DNA of 64,000 bases from an uncultured Sulfitobacter sp. (GCA_937928635.1 CALFWM010000048.1:80221-144220), one strand, 5' to 3'; shown: positions 17,916 to 25,178, counted from the stretch's first letter. A program made the numbers and translations. Notes: generated by a model not told the origin, from the sequence alone.

Positions 17916-18185
17916 ATGCAGATCGGCCTTGTCAAAGGAACGCTGACTGCGACCGCAAAGGCCGAACGGCTGACGGGACAAAAGCTGATGGTCGTTGACG
18001 TGATCGACGCTGCTGGCAAGGTCATCGTGCCCTCCTTGGTCGCGGTGGACACCTGCGGGGCCGGCGTTGGCGATGGCGTAATGCTGACCCAAGGGTCGGC
18101 TGCGCGTATGGCCGCTGGCTTGTCCGCCGCCCCCATTGACCTGGCAATTATCGCGGTTGTTGACCGCGTCTCTGTTGATACCTGA
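17916..18185 (+). CDS. BMC vertex pentamer, BMC-P (EutN/CcmL/PduN family, PF03319)
   Basis: 89 aa. '[13 protein letters not shown]...KLMVVDVID...[23 protein letters not shown]...[11 protein letters not shown]' aligns along its length with E. coli EutN as I remember it. The ATG lies 1 nt after the GS-like stop. Confidence 0.9.
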   Translation: MQIGLVKGTLTATAKAERLTGQKLMVVDVIDAAGKVIVPSLVAVDTCGAGVGDGVMLTQGSAARMAAGLSAAPIDLAIIAVVDRVSVDT

Positions 18186-18217
18186 ACCACTTTAGAACAC
18201 CAAAAAGGAACGAAAAA

Positions 18218-18526
18218 ATGGCAACTCCTGCACCGGGCCAGATGGCCCTTGGAATGATTGAAACACGTGGCCTCATCGGCGCAATTGAAGCGGCGGACGC
18301 CATGGTAAAAGCGGCCAGCGTCACCATCGTGGGCCAGACCAAGGCAGGCGGTGGGTTGGTCACAACCCTTGTGCGCGGCGAAGTGGGTGCCGTCAAAGCG
18401 GCCACCGATGCAGGCGCAACAGCGGCCAACAAGGTCGGTGATGTCGTGAGTGTTCATGTGATCGCGCGCCCCCATGATGAGCTTGAGGCGATCATCGACA
18501 GCCTTGGCGCTGGTTCCGCAGCTTAA
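18218..18526 (+). CDS. BMC shell hexamer, BMC-H (PduA/EutM/CcmK family, PF00936)
   Basis: 102 aa. '[61 protein letters not shown]...VHVIARPH' is near-canonical. The pore loop reads KAGGG. Confidence 0.92.
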   Translation: MATPAPGQMALGMIETRGLIGAIEAADAMVKAASVTIVGQTKAGGGLVTTLVRGEVGAVKAATDAGATAANKVGDVVSVHVIARPHDELEAIIDSLGAGSAA

Positions 18527-18542
18527 GCCCTAAGGACACTCC

Positions 18543-19727
18543 ATGCCCGCTGATTTTGAGGATTTCGCACGCGCTGCCTCACGCAGCCGTTCCGACAGCG
18601 TTCCTGCATCCGCTCCCCTGTCAAAGGTTGCGGTGCTGGGCGGCGGTCCGGATGCGCGTTTGCTAGCGGCCTTGTCCTCGGCGGCAGATTGCGAGGTCAC
18701 GCTGTTCTCGGCCTACGGGCGTGAGTTGGAGCTGATGCGGGCATCCTCTGGCATCGCGTTGCGGGGTGCCGGACCCATTGGCAGCTATCAGGTGGACCGC
18801 GGTGCGGCCTCAATTGCCCTGACCGCAGAACTCGACGCGGCGGTACAGGGGGCGGAGGTGATTTTTCTAACCGGGCCCATTCACAAACAACGCACATACG
18901 CGATGGTCCTGGCGGACCATCTGGTAGATGGCCAAATTTTGGTGCTGGCACCGGGGCGGTCATTGGGGGCGGTTGAATCCGCCTGGATGCTGCGATTGGG
19001 TGGTTGCACGGCGGATGTGACCTTGGTTGAGGTACAAGGACTGCCCTATTGGTATGTGACTGAAGGGGCGACTTTGTATTTGTCCAGCTCTGCCCCTATG
19101 GCTGCATCAACCTTGCCCCGTGGTCGCGGTGGCGTGCTGGATCAGCTAAAATCAATCCTGCCAAATATTGTTAGTACAGAATCTGTATTGGCCTCTGGCT
19201 TCAGTGATCTTTCGGCGGCTGTCGAAATCCCGGCACTTGTGCTGGGTGGGGCTGGTCTGGCACAGGGTGGAGTCAATGTTCCGATGGGTGGAACACCATT
19301 GGCGCAGAACCAGACCTTTGCTGCCTTGATCGGGTCTGATCAGTATCGTTTGATTGAAAGTCTCGCAGAAGAACGCCGTGCCGTAGCCCAAGCCTTTGGC
19401 GTGCGTGGTTTGCCGGATAACGATGCCTGGATTGCGACATATGCTGGTGCCGAGAAAGGCGAAGGTGCACGCCCCGTACCGGACCGTGACACTGCCCGTG
19501 CGATGCTGCGGGATGGGGTTATTGGATCGCTTGTGCCGCTTGCGTCAGCAGCGGAACTGGCCGACATCGACGTTCCCCAAACCCGTGCGCTGATGGCCAT
19601 GACAGGGGCGATTCTGGATGCTGATGTTGCGGCATCCGGTCGGCGGCTGGATACGATGGGCATCACGGAGCGCAATCTGGATGCTGCGCGCCGTACCTTT
19701 GATGCGCTCACGGCAGGAGGCCGCTGA
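18543..19727 (+). CDS. opine (octopine/nopaline) dehydrogenase-family protein with atypical motifs and an N-terminal tail
   Basis: 394 aa. 'ILPNIVSTESVLASGFSDLSAAVEIPALVLG', 'AEERRAVAQAFGVRGLP' and 'GSLVPLASAAELADIDVPQTRAL' parallel opine-dehydrogenase family blocks from memory. The Rossmann motif reads 'VLGGGPDA'. Confidence 0.7.
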   Translation: MPADFEDFARAASRSRSDSVPASAPLSKVAVLGGGPDARLLAALSSAADCEVTLFSAYGRELELMRASSGIALRGAGPIGSYQVDRGAASIALTAELDAAVQGAEVIFLTGPIHKQRTYAMVLADHLVDGQILVLAPGRSLGAVESAWMLRLGGCTADVTLVEVQGLPYWYVTEGATLYLSSSAPMAASTLPRGRGGVLDQLKSILPNIVSTESVLASGFSDLSAAVEIPALVLGGAGLAQGGVNVPMGGTPLAQNQTFAALIGSDQYRLIESLAEERRAVAQAFGVRGLPDNDAWIATYAGAEKGEGARPVPDRDTARAMLRDGVIGSLVPLASAAELADIDVPQTRALMAMTGAILDADVAASGRRLDTMGITERNLDAARRTFDALTAGGR

Positions 19728-21103
19728 TGGACAATGACCTTAAATCCATCGCCGCCGCGCGCCGCGCTGCTGAAAGTGCCTTTGACGCCTATCAAAAATT
19801 TCTGGGCACGGACCCTGCCCATGTAGACGCCATCGTTGACGCCATGGCCCGCGCGATTGAACCCGAGGCGGAGCGCCTTGGCCAGCTTGCCGTAGATGAA
19901 ACGGGGTATGGGAACGTGCCGGACAAACGGGTCAAAAACCTGTTCAACTCCCTGTCGGTGGCGGAGTATCTGCGCGACATCACAACCCTAGGCATGCTCT
20001 GGCGCGATGACGCGACCAAGATTGCCGCCTTTGGTGAACCGATGGGCGTTGTGGCAGCCTTGATCCCGGTCACCAATCCGACCTCTACGATTATCTTTAA
20101 AGTGTTGAGCGCGGTGAAGGCAGGCAATGCGATCATCTGCGCGCCCCACCCGCGCGGTGTACGTGCGGGTCTGGAAACAACCAGGATCATGGCGGAGGTG
20201 GCCGAACAGATGGGTGCCCCCAAGGGGCTGATCCAATGTATGGATCAGGTGACCATTCAGGGCACCGCAGAACTGATGCGACACCGACGGATGTCTGTGG
20301 TGATGGCAACCGGCGGGCCCGCGATGGTCAAGGCAGCCTATTCCAGCGGTAAACCCACGTTGGCCGTAGGGGCCGGGAATGTACCCTGCTACGTGCACAA
20401 GTCGAAAAAGAACGACATTGGTGAAGTGGCCGAAATGATCGTCACCTCCAAGAGTTTTGATTATGGGACGGCCTGTGTTTCAGAACAGGCGGTCATTGCA
20501 GACCCCGAGGTCGCGCGTGATTTGCGCCATGAGATGAAACTGAAAGGTGCCTATTTCTGCACGCCCGCGGAAGCTGACCGATTGGCAGCTGTAATTTTTA
20601 CCGGCAAGCAAGCGATGAACCCGGAGCGGGTCGGGCAATCTCCGCAAGCCCTGGCAGATGCCGCAGGATTTTCGATCCCGCCCCGCACGCGGTGTCTGGT
20701 GTCTGAGGAAACCGAGATTGGTTGGGAACGCCCCCTGTCAGCGGAAAAGTTAAACCCGGTTCTGGCCTTTTATGAGGCAAAGAATTCAGAGCACGGTCTG
20801 GAATTGGCGCAACGCATTGCGCGGTTTGAGGGCTGGGGGCATTCGTCTGTTCTGCATAGTGACGACCCTGAAATTGTCGCCAAATTTGCCACCATCCCCA
20901 CCGGGCGCGTGTTGGTGAACACACCCGCAATCATGGGCGGCATGGGGTATTCGACCGATCTAGAGCCGTCATTCATGTTGGGGACAGGCACATGGTCCGG
21001 GTCAATTACCTCTGACAATGTTACAGCACTCCATCTGATCAACATCAAGCGGGTGGCATATGAGAGCCGACCCTGGCGCGACATCTACAAGGAATACGGG
21101 TAG
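19727..21103 (+). CDS. CoA-acylating aldehyde dehydrogenase (EutE/PduP-like metabolosome core AldDH)
   Basis: 458 aa. 'LAVDETGYGNVPDK', 'ATGGPAMVKAAYSSGKP' and the catalytic-Cys context 'FDYGTACVSEQAVIAD'. TGATG overlap with the upstream gene. Confidence 0.85.
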   Translation: MDNDLKSIAAARRAAESAFDAYQKFLGTDPAHVDAIVDAMARAIEPEAERLGQLAVDETGYGNVPDKRVKNLFNSLSVAEYLRDITTLGMLWRDDATKIAAFGEPMGVVAALIPVTNPTSTIIFKVLSAVKAGNAIICAPHPRGVRAGLETTRIMAEVAEQMGAPKGLIQCMDQVTIQGTAELMRHRRMSVVMATGGPAMVKAAYSSGKPTLAVGAGNVPCYVHKSKKNDIGEVAEMIVTSKSFDYGTACVSEQAVIADPEVARDLRHEMKLKGAYFCTPAEADRLAAVIFTGKQAMNPERVGQSPQALADAAGFSIPPRTRCLVSEETEIGWERPLSAEKLNPVLAFYEAKNSEHGLELAQRIARFEGWGHSSVLHSDDPEIVAKFATIPTGRVLVNTPAIMGGMGYSTDLEPSFMLGTGTWSGSITSDNVTALHLINIKRVAYESRPWRDIYKEYG

Positions 21104-21160
21104 GTGACGTGCGCGTTCAGGCGCGACACCCCACCCACCCTCCCATTTTGAGGAACTCAC

Positions 21161-21784
21161 ATGTCTGAAATTACCATTCGCGCGTTGATGCAGATCGACA
21201 ATCTGCAACCCAAATTCGCGGCCTACAATGGGGCCACTGTGCAGGGTTCCGTACCGCTTTCCGGGGATACGGTCCTGATCGGGGAATTTGCGCCGGGCAA
21301 TGGTGTGTTTTCGCTGATTGATCGCGCGCTGAAGGCGTCAAGCGTTGAGGCGACCACGCAGATGGTCGAACGGGAGTTTGGCTTTTTCATCCTCCGTTCC
21401 CCCTCAAACGCTGAGGTCTCCGCCGCGCGCGATGCGATGCTGGCTGAACTGGGTGCGTCGATGTCGGACCGTTTGAAACCAGCGATCACAAACACCCAGA
21501 TCATCACCAGCGTAGAGCCCTATCAGGCACAATTGCTCAACAAATGGCGAAAGGGGTCGCTGTTGGTGCCGGGGCAGACGCTTGGCATTATTGAATGCGC
21601 CCCTGCGGCCTATATTTCCATCGCCGCAAATGAGGCGGAAAAGGCCGCAGATATTGACATGGTTGAGGTCCGCGCGGTGGGTCGTTTTGGACGACTGTTT
21701 ATCTCCGGCACAGAAAATTCAGTGCAGGATGCCATGGACGCCGCCGTAACGGCGATTGAGGCTGTTGAGGGCCGCGCTGAATGA
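21161..21784 (+). CDS. tandem-domain BMC shell protein, BMC-T (EutL/PduB-like topology)
   Basis: 207 aa. There are two BMC-like halves: 'TVLIGEFAPGNGVFSLIDRALKASSVEA...FGFFILRSPSNAEVSAARDAM' and 'TLGIIECAPAAYISIAANEAEKAADIDMVEV...GRLFISGTENSVQDAMDAAVTAIE'. Each is preceded by a roughly 35-aa segment, as in EutL. Confidence 0.8.
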   Translation: MSEITIRALMQIDNLQPKFAAYNGATVQGSVPLSGDTVLIGEFAPGNGVFSLIDRALKASSVEATTQMVEREFGFFILRSPSNAEVSAARDAMLAELGASMSDRLKPAITNTQIITSVEPYQAQLLNKWRKGSLLVPGQTLGIIECAPAAYISIAANEAEKAADIDMVEVRAVGRFGRLFISGTENSVQDAMDAAVTAIEAVEGRAE

Positions 21785-22962
21785 GTACAGGCCGCGTCAT
21801 AGGCACTGACACGGTGGAGGATGCACGCCGTCGCAGCCGGTTGATCGTCGAGGTCATGCCCGGCGATATTGTCACTGCCCTCGCGCGGGAATCAGCCGAA
21901 CGTTTTGGCCTGAAACTGGTCGATGGCCCGGTTGAGATGCCTGCTCCGGTGCGCACAGACGGGGCCACATCCATGCGCCGTACGCTTTATCGGCGTGCAC
22001 CCAAATGGCAAGCCCCCGCACGCCGTCCGCGCAAAGCCCGCCAGTTGGGCAAGCTGGCCCTGATTGGCGCAGGTGGTGTGGGTGGCAACATCGCACATTT
22101 GGCCGCGATGGCGGATATGGCGCAAGAAATTGCGTTGATCGACATCGCGCCGGGTTTGGCGGCAGCGACTGCGTTGGATCTAAACCACGCAAGCGGGATA
22201 ACCGGTGCGGCCGGGCGATGCTTGGGTGGTGAAACGCTCGATCTGGTTGCGGGGGCGGAGGTTGTTGTTGTCACTGCCGGACGCGCACGTGGGCCTGGCA
22301 TGACGCGGGCCGATTTGATTGACGTGAATGCACGTGTGATCCGCGCGGCGGGTGAGGCGATCCGCTCTGAAGCACCAGATGCGGTTGTGATTGTCGTGAC
22401 CAACCCACTGGATGAAATGACCGTTAAGATGTTGCGTGCCACCGGGTTCCCGCGGGAGCGCGTCTTGGGCATGGCAGGTACGCTGGATTCCTCTCGCTTC
22501 CGGCATGCCTTGGCACGTGCGGCAGGGGTTGATCCGGCAGATGTTGATGCGATCACCCTGGGAAGCCATGGCGAAGAAATGGCCCCCATTCCGTCCCGTG
22601 CCACGATCAAGGGGCGACCGCTGGAGGTGTTCCTGAGCACCGATCAGATCGAGACCTGTGTGCAGGACGCGATCACCGGTGGGGGTCAGGTTGTCGCCTT
22701 GAAAAAGATGGGGTCCGCGACCATCGCGCCGGCCCATGCCTCTATCGAGTTGATCGACCACATGCGCGATGCGCGGTCGGGCCCTGTTCCGGTTTCTGTG
22801 ATGCTTGAGGGTGAATATGGGATTGAGGGTGTCGTACTGGGCGTACCGGCACATTTGGGTGCGCGCGGATTTGTTAAGGTTGAGGAATTGCGCCTGACTG
22901 ATTCCGAAACTGCAGGGCTGCATGCCGCAGCAGAAGCGATCCGCGCGCGGTTGGGTTTATGA
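21781..22962 (+). CDS. LDH-like malate dehydrogenase-family enzyme with an about 90-aa N-terminal extension
   Basis: 393 aa. From residue ~91: 'KLALIGAGGVGGNIA', 'VTAGRARGPGMTRADL', 'VVTNPLDEM', 'GTLDSSRFR', 'LGSHGEEM'. Residues 1-88 lie outside the MDH/LDH fold. ATGA overlap with the BMC-T gene. Confidence 0.85.
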   Translation: MSTGRVIGTDTVEDARRRSRLIVEVMPGDIVTALARESAERFGLKLVDGPVEMPAPVRTDGATSMRRTLYRRAPKWQAPARRPRKARQLGKLALIGAGGVGGNIAHLAAMADMAQEIALIDIAPGLAAATALDLNHASGITGAAGRCLGGETLDLVAGAEVVVVTAGRARGPGMTRADLIDVNARVIRAAGEAIRSEAPDAVVIVVTNPLDEMTVKMLRATGFPRERVLGMAGTLDSSRFRHALARAAGVDPADVDAITLGSHGEEMAPIPSRATIKGRPLEVFLSTDQIETCVQDAITGGGQVVALKKMGSATIAPAHASIELIDHMRDARSGPVPVSVMLEGEYGIEGVVLGVPAHLGARGFVKVEELRLTDSETAGLHAAAEAIRARLGL

Positions 22963-23366
22963 GCACGCAAATCCACAAGGCTGGCGGACGGTTTGAAGAA
23001 ATTGGCAGCTATGCGCGCGCCAAACGGATTGGCCCCTTCGTTTGGACAGCTGGCACAACCGCGATCGAACCATCCGGCAAAATCCATGCCCCGGATGATG
23101 GATATGCGCAGACGCGCTACATTCTGAGCCGCATCAAAGAGTTCCTGGGCGAGGTTGGTGCCGAGATGCGGCATGTCGCCCGGGTGCGGGTCTATCTGAC
23201 AGATATGAAACACGCTGCCGGGTTCATCAAGGCGCATGGTGAGGTGTTCAAAGACATTGATCCGGTGCTGACGGCGGTGACGGCGGGGCTGACGCAAACG
23301 GGGCTGGTGGTTGAGATTGACGTTGATGCGGTTATTCATGATACAGACGGCACGATAGCGATCTAG
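22959..23366 (+). CDS. RidA/YjgF/L-PSP family protein (reactive enamine/imine deaminase family)
   Basis: 135 aa. 'GPFVWTAGTTA', 'VRVRVYLTDM' and 'PVLTAVTAGL...LVVEIDVDAV' fit the Rid fold. ATGA overlap with the upstream gene. Confidence 0.8.
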   Translation: MSTQIHKAGGRFEEIGSYARAKRIGPFVWTAGTTAIEPSGKIHAPDDGYAQTRYILSRIKEFLGEVGAEMRHVARVRVYLTDMKHAAGFIKAHGEVFKDIDPVLTAVTAGLTQTGLVVEIDVDAVIHDTDGTIAI

Positions 23367-23446
23367 TGTATTCCGGTCGTGCAATGGCGTGCACCACCTC
23401 TCCTTACGGGTTTCATTTTGAACCACCCCGCTCTAGCCTGTCACAC

Positions 23447-23755
23447 ATGTTGTTCAAAGTTGTTAAAGCCCCCTCCGGCGGGTCGCCGCAGTGGGTCCGT
23501 GATGCCTGGGTCGGTGTTCAATTCCAGGCCCTTCAGGGTGTGCCAGTTACCGTACCTGCCCGGGCATCGGGCGAAGCAGAGGTGACGCAGCGGCGCGGCT
23601 ATCCCGCAAATGCACGTGATTTGCTGGGTTTGCTGGCCCTCGCAAACGAAGACGCTGCACGTTGGTATTTGGACAATGCTCCGCAAATGCTTGACCCGAA
23701 ACAGGTTTTTGTTTTGGACGAACCTTGCTGTGTGGCCATCGCTGAGCTGAACTGA
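23447..23755 (+). CDS. hypothetical small protein (last gene of the BMC operon)
   Basis: ORF track 23366..23755. I prefer the ATG at 23447 ('MLFKVVKAPSGGSPQWVRDAWVG...'). No family recognised and the RBS is weak. Confidence 0.4.
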   Translation: MLFKVVKAPSGGSPQWVRDAWVGVQFQALQGVPVTVPARASGEAEVTQRRGYPANARDLLGLLALANEDAARWYLDNAPQMLDPKQVFVLDEPCCVAIAELN

Positions 23756-23826
23756 GCAACGCCGTATTTGCCCCGGTCACACGCTGTATCGTGTCAAAAT
23801 AAACGTTGATCGGATTGGCAAGCTGT

Positions 23827-23842
23827 GTACTGTATACAGGAT
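23827..23842. promoter_or_regulatory. GTACTGTATACAGGAT (14/16 match to the palindrome; operator candidate, site D)
   Basis: Read directly, 49 bp upstream of the ATG at 23891. It overlaps a possible promoter: TTGATC (23806-23811), 16 nt spacer, TACTGT (23828-23833). Confidence 0.45.
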
Positions 23843-23890
23843 ACAAAAATGATCCCATTCAACCGGGGCACCAACAACTGGGAGAAAAAA

Positions 23891-25171
23891 ATGACATTTG
23901 GACGTAGTATAATAACCGGGCTTGCCGCCTCGCTGTTGGCAAGCACGGCCATGGCTGAGGTGAAAGTTGGCTTTATCGGTTCGTTGAGTTCAGACACCGG
24001 CCTGTCCACCCTACGTGGTGCCGAGATCGCAATTGAAGAGCTGAACGCCGCTGGTGGCATGAACGGCGAGAAAATTGTGCTGGTCAGCGCCGATACCGCA
24101 GAGGATGTGACCGAAGGTGTGAAAGCCTATGAATATCTGGCGGAAACGGAGGAGGTGGACTTTATCATCTCCGGCTCCATTGATGACGTATCTTTGGGTT
24201 GGCTGCCGCGTATGCAGGAATACCAGATCCCGACGCTGGACACCTGGACCAGTTACATCGGCATCATTGACATGGTGGTCGAAGACCCAGAGCTGATGGC
24301 CCCTTATTTCATGAACATCGCCTCTGATGAGGCGCTTGCGACGCTCTATATCAACTTTGGTGCGGATGTGCTCAAGGCTAAAATGGGCTGGGACAGCGTT
24401 GTTATTCTGGCCGAAGACACCGCATTTGGTGAAGCGATCACCGGTCTTGTGACCGAGGCGCTGGGCCCTGTGGCTGGCATCGAGGTCAAGGACATCATCA
24501 CCTATGACGTCGGCACTGTCGATTTCGCACCGCTGTTTTCCAAGGCGCAGGCCTCTGGTGCGGACTTTATCTATCAGGTCTCTTCTGTGAACTCACAGGT
24601 GATCTCCTCACAGTACGTGAAACTGCAGGTGCCCATGGCGATGACAGGTGTGAATGTCTCTGCGCTGGGTCTGGAATATTGGGAAGACACCGGTGGTGCC
24701 GGTGGTGGTATTTCCACACTGTCCCCGATCCCCTCCGTGGGTTTTGAACTGGATCCCGAAAGCCAGAAATTTGTCGATACCTATCAGTCCAAATATGACA
24801 GCCGTCCCAAGATGCCGCACTTTAACGGCTTCAACGCCTATTGGGGTCTGAAACAGGCCATGGCGGCCGCTGAGGCTGCCGGTGGGTTTGAAGATGCCGC
24901 CAAATGGGCCAAAGAGATGGAAAAGCAGGACATCACGCTGAAAAAAGACGGCAAGTTGTGGTTGCGCTATGCCTTCTGGGGCGCAGATGAGGTTGAGGAA
25001 GTGACGGGCCGGACCTACCCGCACAACGCACGTTTTGACCTGACGGCACCCTATGACGATGCGCAGCCTTCCATGGTTGTGATTCAGTGGAAAGAAGACG
25101 GCGGCGTTGGGGTGGTTTATCCACCAGAATACGCGACAACCGACTTCACTGTTCCAAGCTGGGTTAAGTAA
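23891..25171 (+). CDS. ABC transporter periplasmic substrate-binding protein (Leu/Ile/Val/amide-binding type)
   Basis: ORF track 23825..25171. I trimmed to the ATG at 23891 (RBS GGGAGA, signal peptide 'GLAASLLASTAMAEV'). 'KVGFIGSLSSDTGLSTLRGAEIAIEELNAAGG' is typical of this SBP family. Confidence 0.85.
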   Translation: MTFGRSIITGLAASLLASTAMAEVKVGFIGSLSSDTGLSTLRGAEIAIEELNAAGGMNGEKIVLVSADTAEDVTEGVKAYEYLAETEEVDFIISGSIDDVSLGWLPRMQEYQIPTLDTWTSYIGIIDMVVEDPELMAPYFMNIASDEALATLYINFGADVLKAKMGWDSVVILAEDTAFGEAITGLVTEALGPVAGIEVKDIITYDVGTVDFAPLFSKAQASGADFIYQVSSVNSQVISSQYVKLQVPMAMTGVNVSALGLEYWEDTGGAGGGISTLSPIPSVGFELDPESQKFVDTYQSKYDSRPKMPHFNGFNAYWGLKQAMAAAEAAGGFEDAAKWAKEMEKQDITLKKDGKLWLRYAFWGADEVEEVTGRTYPHNARFDLTAPYDDAQPSMVVIQWKEDGGVGVVYPPEYATTDFTVPSWVK

Positions 25172-25178
25172 ACCTGCT

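Noticed and set aside
17663-18475. A 270-aa minus-strand ORF lies antisense to the GS-like 3' end, BMC-P and BMC-H genes.
   Set aside because: The plus-strand frames give near-canonical EutN and PduA-type sequences. The antisense ORF is Arg/Ala/Gly-rich with no recognisable domain, which is typical of spurious ORFs in GC-rich DNA.
17916-21784. The shell genes might encode a carboxysome.
   Set aside because: There is no RuBisCO, carbonic anhydrase, CsoS2/CcmM-type scaffold or bicarbonate transporter. The presence of an acylating aldehyde dehydrogenase indicates a catabolic metabolosome.
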